In this document: positions 37,209 through 46,862 of the stretch, one piece after another
How the letters are laid out: the number at the start of each line of letters is the position of its first letter
How positions within the stretch are numbered: position 1 is the first letter of the stretch
Assembly (NCBI GenBank): GCA_963755905.1
Contig: CAVWLM010000002.1
Location: 672,944-736,943, forward strand
DNA length: 64,000 nucleotides
Source: an uncultured delta proteobacterium
GTDB taxonomy: Bacteria; Desulfobacterota; Binatia; Binatales; Binataceae
Direction: 5' to 3'
Position numbers and translations under genes: made by a program
The notes under the pieces: model-generated
Told to the model about the DNA's origin: nothing
Databases searched by the model: none
Seen by the model: only the letters and a program-made list of their open reading frames with translations

Positions 37209-38599
37209 GGGTAGCAGAAGGAATCAGATGAACAGTCGCCGCCCTCCAGGTGAATCTGATGCGGACGCTCGCCTTCGAAAGGGATGAAGAAGTTCGGATC
37301 GAGCGCGATGCCGCCGGCCGGGTTCACATCGACTTTGACGATCCATCCGCCAATGCCCTCGGGATAGAACTGCTCGTCGAGGGCGGAGTAGAGCGAGTTG
37401 GTCACGTAGATGCGGCGGCCGTCGCGGCTGATCTCGAGCATTTGTGGCGCGCCGTTGACCTTGCCGGCCCTGGGATGCGGCGTGCGCGAGGCCATCCCGC
37501 CGATACGCACCGAGCCGGTCTGGCGCGGATGAAACGGATCGCTCACATCATACTGCTTGAGTTCGCCGGTGCCCCAGCATGACGCGTAGAGATATTTGTC
37601 GTCGAGGCTGAGCGCAATCTCGGGGACCAGCGGCGGCGCGGCCTTGAACTGCTTGAGCGGCGGTGGCAGCAAATCCGGGTCGGCGGGCTCCGCGGGAATT
37701 TCGATCACTCTGCGCGCCGCCCACTTGCCGTTGCCATTCTCGCGATGCCACAGCCAGATTCCAGCACTGAGATCCTTGGTCGAGATGACGGTGCAGACGA
37801 AGCCGTAGGCCTTGGTCGGATCGTGCGCCGGCCGCAATTCGAGCGCCATCTGATGCTCCGCGCCAAGGTCGATTTCCTGTAAATGGCGGCGCTTGCGCAG
37901 GTCCCACATGTGCAACCGATGGCCGTAGTCGCCCTTGACCAGGCGCTCGAGGCTTAGCCCGTTCTCGAACATATCGGGTGTGCCCCATTCGCTGGTGATC
38001 GCCACGTCGTAGCCGATGTGCCACCAGAAGTCGTAGGCAAGGAACTGCGGGCCGCGGTCGACCTCCCACTGGCCGAGCACGTCGAAACTCTCATGGTCGA
38101 GCAGGAAGACGCCACCGGGACCGCCGCCGTGCGCGCCACCCATCGCGCTCACGTAGATCGCGTCGGGGCCGCAATGGAACGTATGCGGGCGGCTGTAGCC
38201 GGCGCGCGTCGCGATCTCCTCGGCCTCGATCACCTTGACGATTTTCGGTGCGCGCGGGTCAGGCTTGGTATCGATGACGTGGATGCGCGAGGAGCGCAGG
38301 CCGGGGACCAGCAGATAGCGGCGTTCGACGTGCGGATGCGGCGAATATGGGCAGAGCGCGGAGCTGCACGCGTTCCATCCGAAGTGATGCAATTCGTTGC
38401 CGGCGTCAGGCATTTCAAGGCGTCCGACCACCGTGGCGAAGGTTGGCGAGCCGGGGTCAAGGTCGAGCACGTTGATCGCGTCGCGTTTGCCGTGCCTGGG
38501 ATCGAGACTGAAGGTCGCCACGTAGCCGAGCCGTTCGCGCGGCCCTTCGATCGCCATCCGCGGCGAAGGATAAAAGGTTTGATCGGGCTTCCATAGCAT
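37205..38599 (-). CDS. mtoX: Selenium-binding protein 56 family / methanethiol oxidase
   Basis: Hallmark NELHHFGWNACSS and full-length SBP56 architecture (464 aa). The mtoX assignment rests on the family, not on sequence identity. Confidence 0.85.
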   Translation of the reverse strand: MLWKPDQTFYPSPRMAIEGPRERLGYVATFSLDPRHGKRDAINVLDLDPGSPTFATVVGRLEMPDAGNELHHFGWNACSSALCPYSPHPHVERRYLLVPGLRSSRIHVIDTKPDPRAPKIVKVIEAEEIATRAGYSRPHTFHCGPDAIYVSAMGGAHGGGPGGVFLLDHESFDVLGQWEVDRGPQFLAYDFWWHIGYDVAITSEWGTPDMFENGLSLERLVKGDYGHRLHMWDLRKRRHLQEIDLGAEHQMALELRPAHDPTKAYGFVCTVISTKDLSAGIWLWHRENGNGKWAARRVIEIPAEPADPDLLPPPLKQFKAAPPLVPEIALSLDDKYLYASCWGTGELKQYDVSDPFHPRQTGSVRIGGMASRTPHPRAGKVNGAPQMLEISRDGRRIYVTNSLYSALDEQFYPEGIGGWIVKVDVNPAGGIALDPNFFIPFEGERPHQIHLEGGDCSSDSFCYP

Positions 38600-38755
38600 G
38601 GGCGTGAGCCTCTTCCTGTGTGCGTTTTTGAAGCTTCGACCTTAGATAGCGGGGCACTTCGATTCAAGCACCACGTTGATTCGCCGGCCGACGGGATCCT
38701 GCCTTGCATTTCGAACCTCAAATGAGTTCACTACTCGGAATCTTGAGGCTCCATC

Positions 38756-39310
38756 ATGCCGATTTACGAATGCCATTGTCCCGGATGCGACCTGACGTTC
38801 GAGGTCCTGGCGCCGCTTAGCCAGGCCGGCCGGCGTCACCCGTGCCCGCGATGCAAGCGGTCAGCGCCGCGTATCGCGTCGGCCTTTGCGATCGCTTCTG
38901 GAGCCGGCGGGCGCGTACCGAAGACGGAGACGAGCGGGGCGAAGACGCCCACGGCGGCGAAGGCGCCGCCGCTATGCCTCAGTCATCCGAACGTGCCGAT
39001 GCTCTGTCACATGGAACCCAAGGCGGCCGCGCGATGGCTGGCGCGTTACGAGGGCCGGGTCGCCGAGCACGACGACAAGCAGGGTGCGCGAGAAGAGTTG
39101 CGGCGCAAGCGGGGGATCGTGCCGGAGCCGACGCCTTCGCCATCGACGCACAGTCACGATCACGAGTTTCGTCGCCACCATGCGGAAGGTGTCGCTAAGA
39201 CCAGTGAGAGCCGCGCCCGCGTCGCCGACCACGCTGCTCCAGTAAGCGCGGATGTGCGGACTGCGTCGCCGAAGCAAGCACACGCACGCTCACGGCGGTC
39301 ACACGCATAG
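38756..39310 (+). CDS. FmdB-family zinc-ribbon protein with long basic/His-rich C-terminal extension
   Basis: MPIYECHCPGCDLTFEVL...CPRC. The tail holds HSHDHEFRRHHAEG. Confidence 0.6.
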   Translation: MPIYECHCPGCDLTFEVLAPLSQAGRRHPCPRCKRSAPRIASAFAIASGAGGRVPKTETSGAKTPTAAKAPPLCLSHPNVPMLCHMEPKAAARWLARYEGRVAEHDDKQGAREELRRKRGIVPEPTPSPSTHSHDHEFRRHHAEGVAKTSESRARVADHAAPVSADVRTASPKQAHARSRRSHA

Positions 39311-39352
39311 CCATTAGGTGACCAGACACGGCGAGCCCCGCGAACGCGAGAG

Positions 39353-39766
39353 GTGAAGGAAGCGATGGATTCAGCGCGTAGCACGGGGGCATTACTCGGG
39401 CGGATCATGCTCGCCTATATTTTCGTCCAATCAGGAATCGAAAAAATCAGCGAATCGGCGGCCACCATGCAATACATGGTGAATGGCGGACTGCCGCACT
39501 CGGTGGTTCCCGAGCTTCTCGTGCTGTCGGTAATCGTCGAGTTGCTGGGCGGCCTGATGCTGATCTTCGGATGGTACGCCGAACTGGCGGCGCTGATCAT
39601 TTTCCTGTGGATGATTCCCGTGACGATAATCTTTCACGTCGCGACAGGGGACACCGTCCACTGGGAGAAGAATCTAGCCATCATGGGCGGCCTGCTGATG
39701 GTCGCCGTGCTGGGGCCGGGGGGATTCAGCGTGGATGGCGCGGGCACCGGACGCCAGGCCATCTGA
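39353..39766 (+). CDS. DoxX-family membrane protein
   Basis: GRIMLAYIFVQSGIEKI...ELLGGLMLIFGW. Four TM segments. Confidence 0.8.
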   Translation: MKEAMDSARSTGALLGRIMLAYIFVQSGIEKISESAATMQYMVNGGLPHSVVPELLVLSVIVELLGGLMLIFGWYAELAALIIFLWMIPVTIIFHVATGDTVHWEKNLAIMGGLLMVAVLGPGGFSVDGAGTGRQAI

Positions 39767-39910
39767 CGCGCGGTACTCTACCGGTTAGAACTCAGAAGCG
39801 AAGGAAGAACGAAAAGCGGCAAGCCAACAACGGGCAAGCGTGATGCGCAACTGGTCGTGACGGCCAGTTGCGCATCATCGCGCTCGGGCACGCTGGAATT
39901 CCGGTGTTTG

Positions 39911-40243
39911 TTACTGGTGAGCGCTCTCGACCAGAGCGGACTTCACCAGCGTCTCCAATTCGCCGCTCGAATGCAGTTCGCGCACGATGTCGCAGCCGCC
40001 CACGAACTTGCCGTTGATGAAGACCTGCGGGATAGTCGGCCAGTTGCTGTAGGTTTTGACCGCGTCGCGCACTTCCTGGTCGGCGAGCACGTCGACCGTG
40101 CTATAGGGCACGCCCAGCTCGTTGAAAACTTCGACCGTCGCGGCCGAGAATCCGCATTGCGGAAAGCTGCGGTTGCCTTTCATGAAAATGACGATCTTGT
40201 CGCTGTTGATCGCCGTACGGATTCGCTCGATTGCATCGGCCAT
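39911..40243 (-). CDS. grxD: Monothiol glutaredoxin (Grx4 family, CGFS)
   Basis: VIFMKGNRSFPQCGFS...WPTIPQVFINGKFVGGCD. Confidence 0.9.
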   Translation of the reverse strand: MADAIERIRTAINSDKIVIFMKGNRSFPQCGFSAATVEVFNELGVPYSTVDVLADQEVRDAVKTYSNWPTIPQVFINGKFVGGCDIVRELHSSGELETLVKSALVESAHQ

Positions 40244-40251
40244 CTGAAATC

Positions 40252-40497
40252 TTACCTCCGGTTCTGATACTGGTTTGGGGTCATTACTTTAAGCGTCAGC
40301 GCATGGATACGAGCTTTCATCGCGTCGCCCAGCGCTCCGTAGACCGCCTGATGGCGTTCGACGAGGCCCTTGCCCTCGAAACTCTCGCTCACCACCAGCG
40401 CTTCGAAATGATCGCCGCCGCCGGTGAAGTCGCGGACCTCAACCAAGGCGCCGGGCAAGCCTCGTTCGATCATTTCTTTGATCTCTTGCGCTTCCAT
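40252..40497 (-). CDS. BolA-family protein
   Basis: 81 aa, ...GGGDHFEALVVSESFEGK..V.RHQ.VY. Adjacent to Grx4, as is usual for this pair. Confidence 0.85.
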   Translation of the reverse strand: MEAQEIKEMIERGLPGALVEVRDFTGGGDHFEALVVSESFEGKGLVERHQAVYGALGDAMKARIHALTLKVMTPNQYQNRR

Positions 40498-40599
40498 CAG
40501 GCGGTTATCTTAGCGCGTGGCGCCCAACGAATTCCACCGGGGCCGACGACGATCTGCAAGCGTCATTTTGCTATCGCGATTTTGCCGAATCATCGGCGT

Positions 40600-41550
40600 T
40601 CACACTCCCTTTTCCGGCTCGCTGATGGAGTCCTGTAGCGTTTCGGCCGAGGCTCCGTCGAGGGGCGGCAGTTGCGCGACCGGCACGACGTCATCGAAGC
40701 GCGAGTAGTCGATCGAAAAAGTGCCGTCGGGGAATTCGTGCAAAATGTCGGCGAAACGCATACCCCAAACTATTTCGTCCGCGACCCACACGTAGCGCAC
40801 GTGGACGTTCTGCAGAAACGATTCATCCATCCCGACCAGCGAAGCGATGATCATGCTGCGTGAGGCCTTGAACGACCCAGGCGTCTCGCCCAGCAGCGGA
40901 CTGCCTTCGACGATCGGATGGATCACGGTCCAACTCAGCGAGAATAGAGAGTTGCGGGCGCGCGTGACGGCGAGATCATAAAAGCGCCGCATACTTTCGC
41001 CCTCGCGAGTCATTTCCCACCGCGACAGTACGACGTGGATCTGCGCCTCGACGATGCGGTTGGAGCGCTGATTCACCGCCCGAAACATCAGCGACAGCAC
41101 TCCGTCGCGCGGCGCGATCGCCACGAGCCGGCTGAAGCGCACGCGCGCGGTCGGCCGCGAGAACCGGGCAAAGACCAGCCCGGTCACGACGGCGAGCGCG
41201 GTCAGTCCGCTGATTGCCTCGATGCTCACCAGGATGTTGGAAGCGAGCGAACGCGGCGCCATAACGCCATACCCGATCGTCGCCATCGTCTGTACGCTGA
41301 AAAAGAAGGCGTCGGCGAATGAACCGGGGCGGGCGTTGGCTACTCCGCCGTCGATCATATAACCGAACGCGAACAGGCAATTGATGACTCCGAACAGCGC
41401 CAGGATTAGCAGCAGGAGAGCAGGCCACGAAATCGTGGTCAGGAAAAAGTAGAGGTCGCTTAACTGAGGACGCGGCGCTCCCGACGTGATCCGGCCGATA
41501 TTGTCGCGAGCCTTCCCGTCCAACTCGGCCTTGGTAGAACCCTGCTTCAC
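40600..41550 (-). CDS. Inward-rectifier potassium channel (KirBac family)
   Basis: Slide helix, pore helix with TIGYG selectivity filter, cytoplasmic Ig-like C-terminal domain. Confidence 0.85.
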   Translation of the reverse strand: MKQGSTKAELDGKARDNIGRITSGAPRPQLSDLYFFLTTISWPALLLLILALFGVINCLFAFGYMIDGGVANARPGSFADAFFFSVQTMATIGYGVMAPRSLASNILVSIEAISGLTALAVVTGLVFARFSRPTARVRFSRLVAIAPRDGVLSLMFRAVNQRSNRIVEAQIHVVLSRWEMTREGESMRRFYDLAVTRARNSLFSLSWTVIHPIVEGSPLLGETPGSFKASRSMIIASLVGMDESFLQNVHVRYVWVADEIVWGMRFADILHEFPDGTFSIDYSRFDDVVPVAQLPPLDGASAETLQDSISEPEKGV

Positions 41551-41581
41551 TCGGATACTCCGCGCCGGCGCGTTCGCGTCA

Positions 41582-42719
41582 TCAGCTTTGCTCGACCACC
41601 GTCGCGATGCCTTGGCCGATCCCGATGCACATCGTCACGAGTCCCAGCGGCGCGCCGCGCCGGCGCATCTCGTGGGTCAAGGTCACCATCAGGCGCGCCC
41701 CTGAACATCCCAGTGGATGTCCTAATGCGACCGCGCCACCGTTGACGTTGAGCCGGTTCTCATCGATTTTAAGCTCGGCGTTGCAGGCCAGTACCTGGGC
41801 GGCGAACGCTTCGTTGATTTCGACGAGGTCGATTTCGTCCATCTTGAGCTCCGCGCGGCCGAGCACTTTGTGCGTAGCCGGTACCGGACCCCATCCCATT
41901 ATCTCCGGCCTCACGCCGGCGACTGCCGTGGCGCGAATTCGCGCCATCGGCGTGAGGCCCAATGCGCGCGCCCGCTCGGCGCTCATCAGCAGCACGGCGG
42001 CCGCGCCGTCGCAAACTTGCGAGGAGTTGCCGGCGGTGACCTGGCCGCCGTCGGGCTTGAATGAAGGCTTCAGCGCCGCAAGCCGCTCCAAGCTGGTGTC
42101 AGGGCGAGGCCCCTGGTCGATATCGATTAGCCCGCCGGCCAGGCGTACCGGCACGATCTCTTCTTTGAACCGCTCGCGTGCCGCGACCGCACGCTGATGC
42201 GACCGTAGCGAGAACGCATCGGCCTGCTCGCGTGTGATTCCGTACATCGCGGCGAGCCGCTCCGCGGTAAGCCCCATCACAAACATGTCCTGTGGAAACA
42301 GGTCGAGCAGCTTCAGATTGGGTAACAGCCCCGATCCCATCGGCACGTGGCTCATCTGCTCGACGCCGCCCGCGATCACCACGTCGCCCGTGCCGGTCAT
42401 GATTTCGTAAGCCGCGAAGTTGACCGCTTGCAGACCCGATCCGCATTGGCGGTCGACCGTGGTGCCTGCGACTTCGACCGGGAGGCCCGCGAGCAGCGCG
42501 ATCATGCGGCCGATATTCAGCCCCTGCTCGCCCGACTGATTGGCGCATCCCCATACCACGTCCTCGATTTCAGCCGGGTCGAGAGCGCGATTGCGCTCGA
42601 GCAGGCGCCGGACGCACATCACCGAGAGATCGTCGGCGCGAACGTCTTTGTAATAGCCGTCCTTGTTGGAGCGGCCGATGGGCGTGCGAACTCCGTCAAC
42701 GATTACGACTTCTTGCATT
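41582..42719 (-). CDS. Acetyl-CoA C-acyltransferase (thiolase)
   Basis: RBS GGAGGCG then MQEVVIVDGVRTPIGR. C-terminal NVNGGAVALGHPLGCSGARL and GIGQG. The 848-aa ORF in the track is this gene plus an antisense artefact. Confidence 0.9.
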
Positions 42720-42874
42720 GCGGTACGCCTCCGGGGTTCAGATCGGACATAGTTGACATCGAGCCGAGCGACGGTCCATGAGTCTAACATGCGCAACACG
42801 AAGCCCGGCAGAGGCCCGGGAGTTGAGAGCGGCGTTCGGCGGTGGGCGCAAACGGCGGGCGAGGAGGTATGACC

Positions 42875-44074
42875 ATGGCCGCGAGCGATCGAATCTCCAG
42901 TGCGGTTTCGGCCAGCCGGCAATATGCGCCTTATGTCGAAGCGGACTGGGGTTTCAAGAATACGTGGTACCCGGCACTCTTCAGTCACGAGCTTGGCGAA
43001 AATGGCGTCAAGGGTGTCACGATGGCCGGCCACGACATCGCGCTCCGCCGTTCCCGCGGCAAGGTTTACGCCCTGCGCGATCGTTGCGCGCATCGCGGAG
43101 TCAAAATGTCGCTGCGGCCGATGTGCCTGACCGACGAGACCCTGAGCTGCTGGTATCACGGCTTTACCTACGGACTCGATGACGGCGTACTGAAGACGAT
43201 CGTCGCCTCGCCCGACGATCCGCTGATCGGCAAGGTCCGCGTCCGCACTTACCCGGTGGTGGAACGCGCGGGAATAATCTTTGTCTTCGTGGGCGACGAG
43301 GATTTCGCGCCGCTGCCGCCGCTCGAATCCGACATGCCGATCCGGATCACCGACGACGCCAACGCCGTCGCGCACATCCTCGACGAGAACGTCTACGTTC
43401 GCGGCATCCATCGCACCGGCAATTCCAACTGGCGTCTGGCGGCTGAGAATGGCTTCGACCCCGGCCATCTGCTGATCCATTGGAACAATCAGATCGTTGC
43501 GGCGACCGACCGCAAGCTCGGCCTCGGGGTCGAGCCAATCGGCGAGGGCGCGATTAAGATCATCGACGAGCCCGACGGCCCCAAAGGCATAATGAACATG
43601 TACAACACCCGCGCGTACAAGTTCATCATGGAGAACAAGGCGGTCAACATGCGCGCGCGCGGCAAGAACTCCTACTACGCGCGCACCTCGATGGTCCTGC
43701 CGGGCATTCTTTTGGTCGAACATTGGCCGAGTCCCGGATGGGCGCAATACGAATGGTACGTGCCGACCGACGACAAGCATCACGAGTACTGGGAAATCCT
43801 GGTCGGCCGCTGCCGCAACGAAGAGGAGCGGCGCGAGGCGGACTATTTGTACGACAATTTCTTCGAGCCGCTTGCGCTGCGCGACTTCAATGACAACGAC
43901 CTGTTCGCGCGCGAGGCGATGCAACAGTTCTACGAGCGCGACGACGGATGGAACCGTGAATCGCTGTGCGCCTTCGACGCCGCCACCATCACCTGGCGCA
44001 AGGTCGCGGCCCGTTTCAACCGCGGTATTCAGGAACCGCCGGGATCGCGCGACGGGCTGCGGAGCGGACGATAG
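42875..44074 (+). CDS. Rieske [2Fe-2S] non-heme-iron oxygenase, alpha-subunit-like
   Basis: CAHRG...CWYHG Rieske motif. Catalytic domain with conserved D/H. RBS GAGGAGG at 42861. Confidence 0.85.
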   Translation: MAASDRISSAVSASRQYAPYVEADWGFKNTWYPALFSHELGENGVKGVTMAGHDIALRRSRGKVYALRDRCAHRGVKMSLRPMCLTDETLSCWYHGFTYGLDDGVLKTIVASPDDPLIGKVRVRTYPVVERAGIIFVFVGDEDFAPLPPLESDMPIRITDDANAVAHILDENVYVRGIHRTGNSNWRLAAENGFDPGHLLIHWNNQIVAATDRKLGLGVEPIGEGAIKIIDEPDGPKGIMNMYNTRAYKFIMENKAVNMRARGKNSYYARTSMVLPGILLVEHWPSPGWAQYEWYVPTDDKHHEYWEILVGRCRNEEERREADYLYDNFFEPLALRDFNDNDLFAREAMQQFYERDDGWNRESLCAFDAATITWRKVAARFNRGIQEPPGSRDGLRSGR

Positions 44075-44112
44075 CGCCTGGCACGCCGGCATTCGGTGGC
44101 GGATCATCCTCG

Positions 44113-45168
44113 ATGTCCACGCAAACAACCTCTAGCTCTCCGACCGCCGCCAACCCTCAACGCGTGACACTGCGCTTCGAGGACGGCGTCGAAAAAGAGA
44201 TCGAAGTCGGCGCCGATGAATTCGTGCTCGACGCCGCCTTGCGCCAGGGCGTGCCGCTAGTCTACCAATGCCGCTCCGGTAGCTGCTCGACCTGCGTCGG
44301 ACAGATAGTGAGCGGAACACTCGAGATGGCGCATGACCGTGCGCTTTCGCTTATCGCGTCGGAAATCGCCGAGGGCAAGCGCCTCCTTTGTAGCGCGCAC
44401 GCGCTCGCGCCGAGCACGGTCCGGCTGCATTACCCGAGCGCGCTGATTTACGCCGAGGAGCGCCGCTCCTTCGAGGCGCGCGTGGCCGGAATCGAATGGC
44501 CGGCACCCTCGGTCGCAAAATTCGCGATTGAAGTCGAGCGCCGCGCCGGAGTTTCGTTCCACGCGGGACAATACGTGCGAATCAAGGTGCCGGGTACGGA
44601 TCAGTGGCGCTCGTACTCGATGTGTTCAACGCCGCGCGATCTTCCAAAGATGGAATTTCTGGTACGGATCATCCCGGGCGGCGCGATGTCGGAATATCTG
44701 CGCGGGGCGCGCGAGGGCGAGCGTGTCGAAGTCGAAGGGCCGCTTGGCGCGTTCATCCTGCATCGGGGCAAGGGCCTTCATGTCTTCGTCGCCGGAGGCA
44801 CCGGGCTCGCGCCGATTCTTGCGATGATCGACGAGTTACGGCGTGCGAGCGGAGCCAAGCCGAAGATGTTGCTGAGCTTCGGATGCGCGAGCGACAAGAC
44901 CTTCTTTTATCGCGACGAAATCGAATTGCGGCAGTGGTGGATTCCGCAGCTAAGCGTGCGGCTCTCGGCCGACCGCGTCGAGGATCCCGCCTCTGGGCTT
45001 ATCGTCGGGACGCCGGTCGACGCGCTGGGCGCGGAAGCGATAAGCGATCCGGAGGCGGTGGCATATCTATGCGGGCCGCCGCCGATGATCGAAGGGGCGC
45101 GCAGACGCCTGGTGGAATTGGGCATCAATCCGGAGCGAATCTACGCCGAGCGGTTCGTCGCCAGTTGA
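44113..45168 (+). CDS. Oxygenase reductase: N-terminal plant-type [2Fe-2S] ferredoxin fused to FNR-like FAD/NAD(P)-binding domains
   Basis: CRSGSCSTC ...C ferredoxin motif. RSYSM FAD motif. GGTGLAP NAD-binding motif. Confidence 0.85.
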   Translation: MSTQTTSSSPTAANPQRVTLRFEDGVEKEIEVGADEFVLDAALRQGVPLVYQCRSGSCSTCVGQIVSGTLEMAHDRALSLIASEIAEGKRLLCSAHALAPSTVRLHYPSALIYAEERRSFEARVAGIEWPAPSVAKFAIEVERRAGVSFHAGQYVRIKVPGTDQWRSYSMCSTPRDLPKMEFLVRIIPGGAMSEYLRGAREGERVEVEGPLGAFILHRGKGLHVFVAGGTGLAPILAMIDELRRASGAKPKMLLSFGCASDKTFFYRDEIELRQWWIPQLSVRLSADRVEDPASGLIVGTPVDALGAEAISDPEAVAYLCGPPPMIEGARRRLVELGINPERIYAERFVAS

Positions 45169-45307
45169 ACGGTTCGCGGCAAAGCGACGCGACGCGCTCC
45201 TGGATGGCGTTGTAAGAATCTTCGTCACGGCCCCTGCCGGATGTGCATCTGACTGGCGAATCGCCGGCAAGTTTAGTATTCGAGAGTTCGACCCCGGACA
45301 AACCCCT

Positions 45308-46778
45308 CATGGCCAGCACGCACGCAGTCGTAATCGGCGGTAGCTTCTCCGGGCTGTTTACCGGCCGGGTGCTGAGCGATTTCTTCGATCGCGTGACCGT
45401 GCTCGATCGCGACGCCTTCCCCGTCGGCATTGAAGATCGCGCCGGCGTGCCGCAGGCCCGTCACGTGCACGGCCTGCTGGTGCGCGGTCTGTGGGAATAC
45501 GAGCGCGCGTTTCCCGGCTTCGAGCGGCTGGCGGTCGAGAAGGGCGCGACCTTTCACGACCATACCCTGGATTTCGTCGTGCTACGGCCACAGGGATGGC
45601 AGCCACGCTATCCTTCCGATTTTAAATTTCTGAGCGCGAGCCGCGAGCTTATCGAATCATGCGTTCGCGATCTTTTCCGCAAGCTGCCCAAGGTCGAACT
45701 GCGCGAGCGCGTAGCGGCGACCGGGCTTGAGGTCTCACGCGAGGGCGGTAGACCGCGATGCGTCGGCGTCACGATTCCGGCGCGCGAGAGCGGCAAGGGC
45801 ACGGTGGTCGAGGCCGATCTGATTGTCGACGCGAGTGGCGCGGTTTCGCGTGCGCCGGCGTGGCTCGAAGCGGCCGGGCTCCAGCCGCCGCGCGAGAGCG
45901 TGGTTGATCCGCTGGCCGGCTATGCCTCGCGATGGTTCCAGGGGCCGCCGCCCGGCCAGTGGCCCGAGCAATGGTGGTGGTGGGCTGGCGCGTATATCCG
46001 CCGCCGCCCCGACGATCTGACCGAGGCGAACTTTCAGCTCAAGGAGCACAATCGTTGGCATCTCACGCTCGCGGGCTTCAATCGCAACTATCCGCCGACG
46101 CGCGAGGACGAGTTCACTGAGCACATCCGGCGCTTGCGCTCGCCGATCATCGCCGAGATGACACGTCTGATGGAGCCGATCTCGCCGATCTACGCCAACC
46201 GGGCGATGCGTAATCAGTGGCGTCACTACGAGCGCTGGAATGAGCGCCTGGATGGCTTTATCGCAATCGGCGACGCGTTCTGCCACTACAATCCGGTGTA
46301 CGCGCAGGGGATGACGGCGCTGGCGCTCTCGACCACGGTGTTGCGCGCATGCCTCGAGAAATATCGATGTGACGCGCCCGAGTTCGCGCGCGAGTTTTTC
46401 GCAGCCCAGGCACGAATCCAGCGCGACCCATGGAAATTGTCGGCCGGCGTGGATCTGCGTTTTCCATTCACGCTTGGGGAGCAGCCGTTTTCGATGAAGT
46501 TGTTCAATCTCTATCTTGACGGCGTGGGATTGGCGGCGAGGAATCCGATTGTCCGCCGGCGCCTGGTAGAGGTCGCACAACTTATCCGCCCGCTCTCCGA
46601 TCTTTTAGCGCCGGCTGTGGTCGGTCGAGTGGCCGTGGCGGCCGCGGTCGAAGGCGTGCGTGCGCTCGGTGGGCTCGTCGCACCTCCGGAACCGGTCGCG
46701 ATTCCGCCGATGCCTCCTGCTATTCCGGCGACGGCGCCCGCGTCGGAGCGGCCATCCTCTGGCGAGCAATCCAGCTAA
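45308..46778 (+). CDS. FAD-dependent oxidoreductase (hypothetical) with Pro-rich C-terminal tail
   Basis: VVIGGSFSGL Rossmann motif at the N-terminus (Met 45308, MASTHAVVIGG). Family not resolved. Confidence 0.55.
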
Positions 46779-46862
46779 CTGCAAGTTCGCCCGAGCAGGA
46801 ACGATGGTATGCCGACGCCTGCGCGCCAGGCCGATCGGTCACCTCAGGCCCATGCCAATCTG

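Noticed and set aside
41582-44128. 848-aa minus-strand ORF
   Set aside because: Only its C-terminal 379 aa (thiolase, 41582-42719) are real. The N-terminal ~470 aa are the antisense of the convincing Rieske oxygenase gene on the plus strand. Long antisense ORFs of this kind are expected at this GC content.
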